64,000 bases of DNA from Octopus sinensis (lineage: Eukaryota): positions 186,744,001 through 186,808,000 of the forward strand of contig NC_042997.1 of the NCBI RefSeq assembly GCF_006345805.1, given 5' to 3'. The notes below the pieces were generated by a model that saw only the letters and a program-made list of their open reading frames with translations, did not search any database and had not been told where the DNA came from. Below are positions 11,859 through 25,339 of this stretch, one piece after another. The stretch's first letter is position 1; each line of letters starts with the position of its first letter. Made by a program: the position numbers and the translations under genes.

Positions 11859-12453
11859 GCTTATTAATGTATGTGTACAGTTAAACATCCACCACAAGAA
11901 CCCCTTGGTAGCTTATGTGCCTTAATGAGCCTGAGAACTATGCCAGCAAGGATTTCCATGCTGAACAGGTCATATGACAGAGGCCAGACTAATATGGACC
12001 ACTTCTTCCCAGAGGTAAAAATGGGTTTACATAGGGCCAACACCCTTAGCTAGAAACAAGCTTATTAATGTCACAAGAACCCCTTCTTATTGTGATGCGG
12101 TGGCTGATGTGCCTTAATAAGCCTGAGAGCTATGTCAGCAAGGATTTCCATGCTCAACAGGTCATAGGATAGAGGCCAGACTAATATGGACCACTTCTTC
12201 GCAGAGGTAAAAATGGGTTTGCATAGGGCCAACACCCTTAGCTAGAAACAAGCTTATTAATGTATGTGTACAGTTAAACATCCACCACAAGAACCCCTTC
12301 TTGTTGTGATGTGGTGGCTTGTGTGCCTTAATGAGCCTGAGAGCTATGCCAGCAAGGCTTTCCATGCTGAACAGGTCATAGGACATTGGCCAGACTAATA
12401 TGGATCACTTCTTCCCAGAGGTAAAAATGGGTTTGCATAGGGCCAACACCCTA
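11859..12453. repeat. Three tandem copies of a ~195-200 bp unit
   Basis: Unit start GCTTATTAATGT at 11859, 12060 and 12252. Confidence 0.9.
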
Positions 12454-12537
12454 GAAACAAGCAAAGTTACAGAAAAAGCTATGTACACAGTGTTCCCAGA
12501 CAGCACCCAGAGAAAGGACCATTAACTGATTGACATG

Positions 12538-12781
12538 AAATACCACCACCACCACCACAACAACCATCATCATCATCATCACCATCATCATCACCATTAT
12601 CATAGCCATCATCACGACCACCATTACCACCACTACCATCATCATCATCATCAACACCACTGTTGTCATTGTCGTCACCACCACCACTACCACCACCACC
12701 ACCACCACCACCACCATCACCATCATCGTCATCATCATCAACAACTTCATCCCCATTGTCATCATTGTCACCACCACCACC

Positions 12782-12826
<45 letters not shown>

Positions 12827-12850
12827 GTCACCTATCGTTGTCATTGCCAT
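12538..12850. repeat. Compound (CAC/CAT)n microsatellite
   Basis: Direct observation; source of poly-H/M/V/D ORF artefacts. Confidence 0.95.
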
Positions 12851-13099
12851 CCTTACTAGATTCCAATATTCTTATATTCCTGTGTTTCCTCTGTAAGTCC
12901 ACCCATCAGGCACAGGTAAGAGATATTGTCAGACTACATATGTTTTACTCTGCATATGTCTTACTCTCTGTCACATATCTTTTACCTGTTTTTTCTTAAG
13001 GTAACTTACTTAATTCTTCTTTGTCAGAGACTTCTTTACCTTATTAAAGAAAATATTAGTTATTCCTGTTTGTTTTTAAACTCTTCTTCTATTTCATTT

Positions 13100-13386
13100 T
13101 GTTATCACCATCACTGTCAAAGTCGTCATCATCATCATCACCATCATCGTCGTTATTGCCATCATCATCAGTATCCTCCCCTTCTCCTCCTCCTCTGCAT
13201 CCTCCTCCTCATCATCATCATCATCACCATCAGCAGCAGCAGCACTGTCATCAGTATCGGTATCATTGTCATCATCATCAGCATCATCATTGTAGATGTC
13301 ATCATCATCATCATCATCATCATCATCACCATCACCATCATCACCACCACCATCATCATCATCATCATCATTATCATCATCACCAC

Positions 13387-13418
<32 letters not shown>

Positions 13419-13580
13419 CATCATCATCATCATCATCACGTTTGTCAACATCATCAGCGTTTTTCTTCTTCCTAAGCCGCATTCAACACAACCACCATCA
13501 TTATCCTCCCCCTCCTCCTCCTCCTCCTCTTCTTCCTTCTCAGCAACAGCAACATCATCATCATCAACATTATTGTCATC
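13100..13580. repeat. Compound (CAT/CCT)n microsatellite
   Basis: Direct observation. Confidence 0.95.
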
Positions 13581-13716
13581 GTATGTATTATGTCCGTATA
13601 TCTTCCACCTATGTTTGCTGACCTAGATTGCTGACACCACTACCACACTCCCCACCACTCCTACATGTATTCTCCTCCCATCACACACACACACATACAC
13701 GCACGCACACACACAC

Positions 13717-13815
13717 TTGCTGTTTCTGACATTGATCACTTCATCTCGTAAATACAAAAGGCCTTGACAATCAGGTGTATGATTGTGTCTCTTCGTTAGA
13801 GGAAGAAAATACTGT
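13717..13815 (-). CDS. Candidate 99-nt coding exon of an unidentified gene
   Basis: cag/GT-bounded, single open frame QYFLPLTKRHNHTPDCQGLLYLRDEVINVRNS, unique sequence between microsatellites; weak donor. Confidence 0.3.
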
Positions 13816-14170
13816 CTGTACACATACACACACCTCTGTTTGCAACACATATACACACCCATGTGCACACACACACACATACACACATACACATATACAC
13901 ACTCATATACTTACATATATACACACATACATTAGTAAAAGTAACTGAAAGAAAGGCTTCTCTCAAAGTCTAAGACGAGTATCGCAGTCGTTTGATCAAT
14001 TGATTTATTTAATTACTTAATTAACATGTCACTGAAAGCCGTGGTGTTTGTCCCAATTATCTATGTTCTGAGATCAAATCCTGCCAAGGCTAATTTTTGC
14101 CTTTCATCTTTTGTGGGTCATCAGTTAAAAAGTAGCAATCATGAATAGGTACAGGTAAGGGTGTGTGATA

Positions 14171-14402
14171 AGGTGGCGAGCTGGCAGAAACGTTAGCAGG
14201 CCAGGCGAAATTCTTAGCGGTATTTCGTCTGCCATTACGTTCTAAGTTCAAATTCTGCCGAGGTTGACTTTGCCTTTCATCCTTTCGGGGTCGATTAAAT
14301 AAGAACCAGTTACACACTGGGGTCGATCTAATTGACTTAATTCCTTTGTCTGTCCTTGCTTATCCCCTCTATGTTTAGCCCCTTGTGGGTAATAAAGAAA
14401 TA
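14171..14402 (+). mobile_element. SINE family A, full length
   Basis: AAGGTGGCGAGCTGGCAGAAACG...AATAAAGAAATAAG. Confidence 0.88.
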
Positions 14403-14810
14403 AGATGCTGGCTTCTTATCATGCACCCATGCCTGATCAATGATCTTAGGTAAGCAGCGATCGGTGGGCGTTACTTGTTGTCCTCATTCATCATCATTTT
14501 CATTTGTGATTTCATATAACATTATGGCTATGTCCAGCCTGCAGCTTCCCTTCTATGTAAGGCCTTTGTGGTCAATATGATAAATAAAGAAGCTGGCTTC
14601 CCAGCCACATGGTTCCATGTTCAGTCACCACCCCAACTGCATGGCACCTTGGGTAAATATCTTCTTCTATAGCCTCTGACCAACCAAAGCATTGGCACCA
14701 TGATCATCATTGTCACCATCATCATTATCAGCCTCATTTCTATCACAGGTAACATCAAGGTCATCATTATCGTTATGATGGCTTTCATATAATTAGAAAG
14801 CAAGCTACTT

Positions 14811-16010
14811 ACCACACAGCCATACCTGCACCTAAGAGTGTCCTTAATATAATTCTCAAAAAGAATTGTCACAACATAGTGTCTGAGAAAGCTGGATCTT
14901 TCCGATAATGGTACAAATCATCCAATGGGATTCTTCACAGAGTGCACCATCTAATTTCACTTGCAAAGCATGGGTTAACTCAAATGTCCTGTAGAAGACG
15001 CTTGTTCAAAATGCAAAGCAGTAAAATTGAACCAGAGACTCCATAACGGCAATACGGCCGTTCAAGAATTTGGACATGGAGATCTCCATTTCCAGCAACT
15101 TCGAGGGCCACCTCCCAGTGGTGTCGGGCGTCAACGAAGAGCCCTCGACTACAACAAGACAACCAAAGTTTTTTTTTTTCAAGGTCTGGGGTCTCCACCC
15201 CTAAGCCCTTGACTATCATCTAATTGCCCTTATTCGTCTTGTTGCTTAACAACAACAACAACAACTGCAATACAAACACCTACTCAACAGTGCTCTGAAC
15301 CAGAAACCACACAGCTGCAAAGAGAATTTCTTAACCACACAGTCATACCTGCACTTAAGAGTGTCCTTAATATAATTCCCAGACAGAATTATTACAACAC
15401 AGTGTGTGAGAAAGTTGGATCTTTGGGATAATGGTACAAACCATCCAGTGGAATTCTACATAGAGTGTACCCATCTATTTTCACTAGCAAAGCATGTGTT
15501 AACTCAAATGTCATATAGAAGACGCTTGTTCAAAATGCAAAGCAGTAAAATTGAACCAGAGATTCCATAACTGCAATACGGCCGTTCAAGAATTTGGACA
15601 TGGAGATCTCCATTTCCAGCGACTTTGAGGGCCACCTCCCAGTGGTGTCGGGCATCAACGAAGAGCCGTCGACTACAACAAGATGACCAAAGTTTTTTTT
15701 TTCCAAGGTCTGGGGTCTCCCACCCCTAGGCCCTTGACCATCACCTAATCACCCTTATTCGTCTTGTTGCTTAACAACAACAACAATAACTGCAATACAA
15801 ACACCTACTCAACAGTGCTCTGAACCTGGAACCACACAGCTGCAAAGAGAATTTCTTAACCACAGAGCCATACCTGCACTTAAGAGTGTCCTTAATATAA
15901 TTCCCAGACAGAATTATCACAACACAGTGTGCGAGAAAGCTGGATCTTTGGGATAATGGTAGAAACCGTCCAACGGGATTCTACACAGAGTACACACATC
16001 TAATTTAAGA
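14811..16010. repeat. About 2.3 tandem copies of a ~525-bp unit
   Basis: CCATACCTGCAC(C/T)TAAGAGTGTCC recurs near 14820, 15343 and 15868. Confidence 0.9.
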
Positions 16011-16184
16011 TTTCATTCAGCTTTTTTACAAAATGATTTCTTTTATTGAAAAAAAAATTTTAATATAAGTACTAATTTTTTTTTTTTTTTTGTAGTTTGT
16101 ATTGCACCCATAACTGCAATACAAATACCCACTCAGCAGTATCTCGTATTGAAAAAACCACAAAAAACACCAACCCGTATTGAT

Positions 16185-16860
16185 GCAATATGCATGTAAA
16201 TGCATTTTAACATACATGTATTGATATATGTACTTATGCATTTACATGCACGGACATGCACACACACACACACACACACACGTACACACACACATGTATG
16301 AGCATGCACACATGTACTAACACACATGTACACACACATGTATGAGCATGCACACACATGCTTACACATACATACACACATGCTTACACATACATACACA
16401 CATGCATATACATAATGCATACACATACATACACACATGCATACACATACATACACACACACATATATATATATATATATATGAACATGCACACATTCTC
16501 ATACACACATGTATGAGAATGCACACTTGCACTAATGCACACATACATACACATATATATGAGCATGCACACATGTACTCACACACACATATATATGAGC
16601 ATGCATGTATGCGCTAACACACACACACACACACATACATACACACACACACATACACATATATATATGAGCATGCAATGAAGTACTATAACACACACAC
16701 ATATGCAAACAAATATCTACGCACACAAACATTCATACAAACACCACCACCCTTATACACACCCACACACGCACACGCTATTAGACATACACCCCCACAC
16801 ACACATATACACGCACACATACATATACACCCATACACACTACTCCAAACCCCACACAGA
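16185..16860. repeat. CA/TA-rich cryptic microsatellite
   Basis: Direct observation. Confidence 0.9.
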
Positions 16861-17304
16861 AAAATAAAAATTAAAAAAAAAAAAAATTATCGATTCCAGA
16901 TTTTTTCCAAAATTTCTTCATAAAGTAAAATTATTCTGGTGAGTTCCCACAGAACACAAAGGGGAACGGGTGGGAGAACAGAATGGAATACCATTTTTCA
17001 ATTTAGTCAATTCTATCTTCAATAGCTGCATTTTAAAGTGTTCTTCTTCTTGTTGCTAATGTTTTGTTTTTTATTTATTTTATTCATTTTTTTTCTCCTT
17101 TTTATTTTTAATGGGTAGGGATAAATATAGTGATATAGCTTATAGTCAATGGATACCCATCCGTTAGTCTTCCTTCCTTTCTTTCTTTCTTTCTTTCTTT
17201 CATTCTTTCTTTAATTCATTCTTTGCCTTCTTTTTTTTTATTTACTTTCTAATCCTGAAGTAGTATTCCTCAAGTGAAAATAAATAAGATAAATCACAAA
17301 AATT

Positions 17305-17519
17305 ATTTTATTATTATTACTATTATTATTATCATTACTAGTGCCACTACTACTATTATCATATTATATCATTATTATTATTCCATATTATTATCATTAT
17401 TATTATTATTATTATCATCATCCTCCTCATCATTATTATTGTTGTTGTTGTTATTACTAATACTAGCTCTATTACTACTATTATTGTTATTCTTCTTCTT
17501 CTTCTTCTTCTTATTATTA

Positions 17520-17558
<39 letters not shown>

Positions 17559-17658
17559 CATTATTATCTTACATTATTACTTTATGTCATTTTTATCATT
17601 TTTATTTTATATTATTATTATTATTATTATTATATTATTGCTATTATTATTATCATTA

Positions 17659-17740
<82 letters not shown>

Positions 17741-17790
17741 GCTTTTTGTTGTTTTCATTGTTGTTGTTGTTGTTGTTGTTGTAGTTACCA
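17305..17790. repeat. (TTA/TTG)n compound microsatellite
   Basis: Direct observation. Confidence 0.95.
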
Positions 17791-18449
17791 TTTATGTTAC
17801 AAGATTCATTCAGCCCACCAACTGGCCGACCAACCGACCAGCCAACCTACCAAACAACCAACCACACAGGAGATATTTCACTATGTTTTCGCTTTTTCAT
17901 TTTTATTTCTTTTTTGTTTTTCTCCTTGTGGCTTTTCTTTTCTTATATTTTATATTTTTATCCCGTTTTCTTTTTTATTCACTTTCTCCCTGGAGGAAGT
18001 TAGTTATAGGAATTACAAGGGATCCCATATCACTTGTAAAGTTGTTATTCTTGTTGTCATTATTTTTACATGCAACTGTTGCCCATAGCAACAAACAACA
18101 AAATAATAATAACATTACTTGGAAATAAGACTTTAAATTGGCACTGAATGAAATAAAACAGGAATAGTCTCCAAGATGTAAAAGATAAAAATATGAAGCG
18201 CAAAGAGAGAGAGATGCTGAGGGAGAGAGAGAGAGAGATGCTGAGGAAGAGAGATGCTGAGGGAGAAAGAGACAGATAAACAGAGACAGAGAGAGCTTAC
18301 ATATCTAAAAAAAAAATGGTTTTGAATTTAGAAATAAATTTTGGTTTTTCTTTCTAATCTTCTTCTTACCAAAATATTTTTGCCATCTTATCTGTGTGTG
18401 TGTGTTTTTAAACCTGCGCTAAAGACAGACAGCAAAGTTTGCAACATAG

Positions 18450-18484
<35 letters not shown>

Positions 18485-18548
18485 TGTCTGTCTGTATCTG
18501 TGTTTTAGTGTACATGTGTATATGTATATATATATGTATATATGTATG

Positions 18549-18592
<44 letters not shown>

Positions 18593-18628
18593 ATATATAT
18601 ACACATATATACATATATACACATATAT

Positions 18629-18691
<63 letters not shown>

Positions 18692-18775
18692 TATATATAT
18701 ACACATATATACATACATATGTGTATATATGCATGCACACATGCATATGTATGTATGTATGTATGTATGCATGTC
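18450..18775. repeat. (GT)n/(TA)n/(GTAT)n microsatellite
   Basis: Direct observation. Confidence 0.95.
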
Positions 18776-19101
18776 AAAACTAAAGATAAATGGTAAAAAT
18801 ACAAGATCCTCTTTGTCATTTCCTATAAGAAAAGAAACTTTGGTCTTATCAAACTGAAGCATGCCAGACATGTCCAGTTTTTCAAGCAGTTTGCTTGGAG
18901 CAATTTTATTATTATTATTATTCTTATTATTATTTCCTATTTATTTTGTATCTAAAAATTCTTTGACAGTTTACCATTTCCACTGAGATCTGTATGTAGG
19001 AAACTTGGTTCATGATTTCTTATTCAATTACATGAGCTAGTGACATAGATTTTAGCGGAAGTCAGCTGTTCTTGGAAACGTGAGTTCAATATCCAGATTA
19101 A

Positions 19102-19322
19102 CCCTTTTGTTACCGTATTTATTTTGAGATGTTCTGTGTTTCTTTCAATTATTTTAAATATAACAAAGAATTTAGTAAAATAACTTTATTATCATTATGC
19201 TAGTGTTAGGAACATAAATTGTGACTAAGATTTGGTGGAAGATTTTAATTCAAAACTTATGAAAACAAGACATTTGTACTACAGAACCAGAGCCAGTTTC
19301 AGCCGGGCTGGAAATGAAAGGG
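19102..19322. mobile_element. piggyBac-like MITE
   Basis: CCCTTT...AAAGGG termini with TTAA on both sides (19098-19101, 19323-19326). Confidence 0.85.
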
Positions 19323-19898
19323 TTAAGACAATTTCACTCCCTTTACTTAACAATCTAATTTCTCAGTCAGGAGATGGTCCATCTCCCGCTCAGGATGACT
19401 TGCTCTCAGTACACTGCATGGAGAACCAATAAATGTTTAATATTTCCATGGGGAGATGTAGGTTCAAGTTCCACAGGCAGCCTTCAGCATTTTAGGTGCA
19501 GGCATAGCTGTGAAGAGGCTCACTTCCGAACCACATGGTCCTGAGTTCAGTGCCACTGTGTGGCACCTTGGGGAAAAGTCTTGAGAATGAATTTTGTAGA
19601 TGGAAACTGAAAGAAGTACATTGTGTGTGTGTGTGTGTGTGTTATATTTCTCTGTACATGTGTGCCATTGTGTTTGTATTTGTTCCCCCACCACTGCTTG
19701 ACAACTGGTGTTGGTTTGTTTACATCCCCATGAGTTAGTGGTCTGACAAAAAAGAGACCAAGAGAATGAGCAACAAGTTTTAAAAATAGGTACTGAGGTA
19801 AATCTGTTCAATAAAACTCTTCAAGGTGGTGCCCCGGCATGGCCACAGTTAAATAACTGAAATGAGTAAAAGAGAAAAGAAAGATTAATATCTTTTAA

Positions 19899-20119
19899 CC
19901 CTTTCATTACTGTATTTATTTTGAGATGCTCTGTGTGTCTTTGAATTACTTTAAATATAACAAAGAATTTAGTAAAATAACTTAGTTATCATTCAGCTAG
20001 TGTTAGGAACCTAAATTGTGACTAAGATTTAGTGGAAGATTTTAATTCAAAACTTATGAAAAACAAGACATTTGTACTCAGAGCCAGATCCAGTTTCAGC
20101 CGAGTTGGTAATGAAAGGG
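19899..20119. mobile_element. piggyBac-like MITE, same family
   Basis: TTAA-CCCTTTCATTAC...GTAATGAAAGGG-TTAA. Confidence 0.85.
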
Positions 20120-20499
20120 TTAAGCTACTAAATAATTCCTAAGTAGAAGAGAATTGAATACAGAGACTCTACATGACTGGATAGGGCACCAATCTGTTTT
20201 TGTATATAAATTCCACCTGATGTATTAAAATCAACAGAGTTGCATACAAATCAAGCAAACTGCCTGAGTATGAAAATGACTGCAGTGGATTTTATCTCAC
20301 TGCTTTCTTGTTGGCCATCTAATGCAATATTCATTCAGTCATATAATTTCAGTGTGAGAGCATTGACATGATAGATTAGCAATATATCAGAAGTATTTAT
20401 TGACCCATTAAAGGCTATAATTCAACAAAAATAATACTTGTAAAAAGTTTTACATTTTCTTAGCTCTTGAGAGTTCTTTGATTATCACCGTGATCGACC

Positions 20500-20790
20500 A
20501 GGCTATCAGATGTTGCTACACATCGCTGGTCACAATGCGCTTCACATTGTTTTAGCCTTCAAATGATGCCACCCCGCTGAGTAAGCGAGCAGGCCAACAG
20601 AAGAAAGAGTGAGAGAAAGTTGTGGTGAAAGAGGACAGCAGGGATCGCCACCACCTCCTGCCAGAGTCTTGTGGAGCTTTAGGTGCTTTCGCTCAATAAA
20701 CACTCACAATGCCCAGTCTTGGAATCAAAACCGCGATCCTACGACCGCGAGTCCTCTGCCCTAACCACTGGGCCATTGCGCCTCCACCGT
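20500..20790 (-). mobile_element. tRNA-derived SINE, related to family D
   Basis: Minus-strand head GGCGCAATGGCCCAGTGGTTAGGG; body shared with 21330-21610. Confidence 0.7.
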
Positions 20791-21329
20791 TGATTATATT
20801 TCTCCTATTATATTGATTTCATATTTTGGCACAAGGCCAGCAATTTTAGGGGAGAGGTAAGTCGATCACATCAACCCCAGTGTTCAACTGGTACTTATTT
20901 TATAGACCTTGAAAGGATGAAAGGCAAAGCTGACCTCAGTGAAATTTGAACCCAGGATGTGAAAATGGACAAAATACCCCTAAGCATTTTGCCCAGCGTG
21001 CTAATGATTCTGTGAGCTCACTTCCTTAAATTTCTCCTGTTAAATTAAAGCACATATGAAGGTGGGAAGTATTTCATCCATCTTTACATTCTGAGTTCAA
21101 ATTCTTCGGAGGTCACTTTGCTGTTCATCCCTTTCAGGGTTAATAAAATAATTCCCAGTTGAACGCTGGAGTTGAGGTAATTGAGTGTGTGCCTAGTGCC
21201 TAAACTTGAAATAATATTAAAGTGTACATGCTAATTTTATTAGTATACTTGGAGAATACTTGTAGATATGAAGTATATAAAAGAAATACAAAATCTTTAT
21301 AACATTGTTGTTGTTTGTACTTTCTCAAG

Positions 21330-21610
21330 CCATGCCTGGCTCATAAGGGCCAGTTTCCTGGTTTCCATGGCATATAGGCTCCCCATCTGGACGGGACGCC
21401 AGTCCATCGCAGGTGAGCTGCTAGATGCAGGAGGAAAGAGTGAGAGAAAGTTGTGGCAAAAGAGTCAGCAGAACTTCGCTATTACCTTCTGCAGGAGCCA
21501 CATGGAGCTTAGGTGTTTCACTCATAAGCACACACATCGCCCGGTCTGAGATTTGAACTAGTAATCCCTTGACCACGAGTCCATTGCTCTAACCACTAGG
21601 CTATGTGCCC
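21330..21610 (-). mobile_element. tRNA-derived SINE family D
   Basis: A-box GGCACATAGCCTAGTGGTTAG and B-box GTTCAAATC; matches 34935-35200 and 50308-50490. Confidence 0.8.
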
Positions 21611-21627
21611 CTGCCTTTATAACATTC

Positions 21628-22040
21628 TTTTACTCTTTTACTTGTTTCAGTCATTTGACAGTGGCCATGCTGGAGCACCACCTTTAGTTAAGCAAATTGA
21701 CCCTAGTACTTATTCTTTGTAAGCCTAGTACTTATTCTATCGGTCTCTTTTGCCGAACTGCTAAGTTATGGGGACGTAAACACACCAGCATCGGTTGTCA
21801 AGCAATGTTGGGGGGACAAACACAGACACACAAACAGACATGCACACATATATATGCACATACATATACATATATATATGACGGGCTTCTTTTAGTTTCC
21901 GTCCACCAAATCCACTCACAAGGATTTGGTCGGGATGAGGCTATAGTAGAAGACACTTGCCCAAGGTTCCATGCAGTGGGACTAAACCCGGAACCATGTG
22001 GTTGGTAAGCAACCTACTTACCACACAGCCATTCCTGCAC
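21628..22040 (-). mobile_element. Composite SINE family B: tRNA head with CCTTGGGCAAG (CORE-like) motif, internal CA/TA microsatellite, 3' body and (AAAGAGT)n tail
   Basis: Same layout at 30100-30665, 36192-36652, 49255-49678, 55502-55921, 58535-59148, 59296-59810 and 62488-62876. Confidence 0.85.
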
Positions 22041-23034
22041 ATTATTCATAGAAAATTTAAAATTTCTGCCCCAAAACTGGACATTGGCTGTTAATGGGTA
22101 AAGAAAAAATTGCTAATTTTACTAATTATTCAACATGAGAAGCAGGGAACTAGCAGCCTTGTAGAAGAAGTATGTTTGAAGGAAAATCATAGTAATTATA
22201 CTGGAATATATTTTTGCTGGTTTAATTTAATTTAAAGTCTATCTATTCAGCTAATTGCAAATTTGAGAAACACCTATTTATATTTCTGTACACTTCTAAT
22301 TACATGTTTAATCATGTTTGAAGCAAAATTTCAAACAAATTTTGTAAAAAAAAAACCTACAAAAATATGATGAGTGAGGGTTTCTTTTTCAAACTCCATC
22401 ATTTTTTTTTTTTAATATATTGCATTAAAATTTTTTTAAATAGTTATATTATCTAAAATAATAGGTTGAGCAGCATTAAAGTAATTTTCTTTTTAAATGC
22501 AGCCTTGTAAACTTCAGTGTGAGCATCCAAAATAGAAAGGCTCCAAACCACAGTATTACACTATTTGTGTAATGCAGAGGTGGTGAGCTGGCAGAATCAT
22601 TAGCATACCAGGCAAAATCCTTAATAGCATTTCAAGTGCCTTTACTTTGTGAGTTCAAATTCTGCCAAGGTTGATTTTCTTTTTTTTTTCTTTTTTTTTT
22701 TGCCTTTCAGGTTCGATAAAATATGTACCAGTTGAACACTGGAGTCAATGTAATCAGCTTGCCCCTTCCCTGAAATTTTTAGCCAAAATTTTTGAGCCAA
22801 AATTCCAAACCAGTATAATATACAGCCATTTAACGCTTTAGCATTCAGATTACTCTGTCAAATGGAATGCTTATTTATTCACGTTGTTTTGAATTGACCA
22901 TGCAATATTTCATAGCTTCATGATTTTTATGATGTGGTTGTTTAGTTTAGAGTGACATTGTAGAGTAGGTATAAGATGCCTGATCTGGCCAATTTGAACA
23001 TAAAACTGGTAGAATAGTTTGGCCTGATGCTGAG

Positions 23035-23362
23035 ACCCCCTTCGGTCATGACTGTCCATGGGATTGCACCTAGAAAGTTACCCTCCCAGGCACAAGTCTG
23101 GGCAAGGTTGTTTATGGAAGACCAGCAGTCGCCCATGCATACCGGCCTCCCCTCTCCATGCCACCAATGTTATCCAAGGGAAAGGCAAAGGCCAATACAG
23201 CTTGGCACCTGTGACATCGTAACTCTTTTCTACAGCTGAGTGAATGGGAGTAACGTGAAATAAAGTCTCTTGCTCAAGAACACAACACACAGCCCATTCC
23301 GGGATTCGAACTCACAACCTTGCGATCGTAAGCTCGATGCTCTAACCATTGAGCCATGTGCC
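23035..23362 (-). mobile_element. tRNA-derived SINE family E, nested in a piggyBac-like MITE (~22829-23390)
   Basis: Head GGCACATGGCTCAATGGTTAG...GTTCGAATCCC on minus; second copy at 54980-55290. Confidence 0.75.
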
Positions 23363-24115
23363 TGATATGGCCAGTTCAAATGCTAAAGTATTACACATAT
23401 GACATTTCACAAAACGATGTCCCAATTTAGCTTATAATGTTCGGCCTAGTCTGCTTTAGAATACATGTTATACAAGTGCTGCATATCTACTATTGATATC
23501 ACACTGCTACAGAGATTTGATGATATTCCACTCAATAAAATTTTATTGCTATCTTCCTCTCTGGAAGATTTAGCTGATATATTCTCTCTGATATCATTTA
23601 TTGATCTCTGAACTTTTGTAGATTTTATTGATTTCTTCTGTAGGATATGCTATACAGATATCACCTCTGGTAGTAGATTTTTATGATATCTACACATTGG
23701 AAGATTTTATTTAAATTTGCCCTGTAGTTGATATCTCATGCTTAGTCATTTTATTGAATTTTGCTTATTAGTCAAACTTATTAATATCATGCTTTAGAAT
23801 CTTTTCATTCTCGTTGCTGTTCAACACTTTTGATATATAAAATTATACTAGCTTCACTAAAACATTAAAAATCTCTTTGAATATGTATGGAAAGCCTTAA
23901 ATTCTAAAATCAAAAACTTCCTCTGACACAACACTTTTTGAACACACATTTTTTTTTTTGCTATTGCATATTTTACTAATTTATAATTAATTAACCCCAG
24001 ACCAGATCTGTTCAAGCAGATCTGTGATCAAGCATGTTCCAAACATGACTAACCAATTTTTTTTGTTTGTTTTTTAATATAGAATATCTAGAATCGTAAG
24101 AAGTACAGCATAATG

Positions 24116-24334
24116 CAGTGGTTTTCAACCAGGGTTCCACGGAACTTTAGGGTTCCGCCAGTACAGTCCAATGTTTCCGCAAGAAGTTACAAAACTGCTA
24201 AAATCGGCAGTAATTTTTAATTCTCCTGTGCAGATATGTGTGCATAAAACTATTAGATTATTGCACAGAGGGTCCTCGAGCCAGTGGAATGTTTCCTTGG
24301 CGTTCCGCTCCAGTAAAAAGTTTGAAAAGCACTG
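24116..24334. mobile_element. hAT (Charlie-like) MITE
   Basis: TIR CAGTGGTTTTCAA / TTGAAAAGCACTG; 8-bp TSD GCATAATG vs GCCTAATG (7/8 match). Confidence 0.85.
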
Positions 24335-25339
24335 GCCTAATGGTTAGGCAACTAGGCTCACAATTATAAGTTTGTAGGTTTGATTCCTTGTTCGACAGAG
24401 ATAGAAAGGAGCACTCTGACGGTTGCGACGATGAGGGTCCCAGCTAATACGATCAACGGAACAGCTTGCTCATGAAATTAACATGTAAGTGGCTGAGTAC
24501 TCAACAAATAAGTGTACTCTTAACGTAGTTCTCGGGGAAATTCAGCATCACACAGTGTGTGAAAAGGCTGGCCCTTTGAAATACAGGTACTACTCATTTT
24601 TGCCAGCTGGGTGGACTGGAGCAACGTGAAATAAAGTGTCTTGCTCAAGGACATAACATGCTGCCAGGAATTGAACTCCTGACCTTATGATCATGAGCCG
24701 AATGCCCCTAACCATTAAGCCATGTGCTTTCCCTCGACAGAGTTATTGTGTTGATAGACAAGGTTGTACACTTTATATTACTCCAGTTTACACTACTTGG
24801 CAACAATGAGCATTAAGACTAAAAGAGCACCCAGTCAGTGACAAGTTAACACGGCTATGTTTACTGGTCAGAGATGCAGCAAAATCCTTCAGGCATGAAA
24901 GGGAACAAGCCCAGCAGTGGAATGTAATATCCGATGTCTACCATTTTATATAGATGCAGGCATGGCTGAGAGGTAAGAAGTTTGCTTACAAATCACATGG
25001 TTTGGGATTCAGCCCCATTGCAAGGCCTCTTGGGCAATTGTTTCCACTTATAGCCTTGGGCTCACCAAAGCCTAGTGAGTGAATTTGGTAGCCTATCATA
25101 TATGTGTGTGTGTGTGTGTGTGTACATACGCAGGGTATGGTGAATAAACTGTCATCTAAATTATACAAGGCTATAGTAGAAGACACTTGCCGAAAGTGCC
25201 ACGTAGTGGGACTGAACCCAGAATCATGTGGTCGGTAAGCCATCTAATTATCACACACACACATGACAGAAGTAAATAGACACCCTTATAATTATCAAGA
25301 TTTATTTAAATCTGAAATTATACGTTCAAATTATTTATT

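Noticed and set aside
12451-13626. Long poly-His/Met/Ile/Asp ORFs (also at 16-18 kb, 37-38 kb, 40-41 kb, 45-47 kb)
   Set aside because: They are translations of tri- and dinucleotide microsatellites that are open in several frames, with no coding signal.
11859-16010. Tandem repeats as a CRISPR-like array
   Set aside because: Units are 200-525 bp full-length duplications with no unique spacers, and there are no cas-like ORFs.
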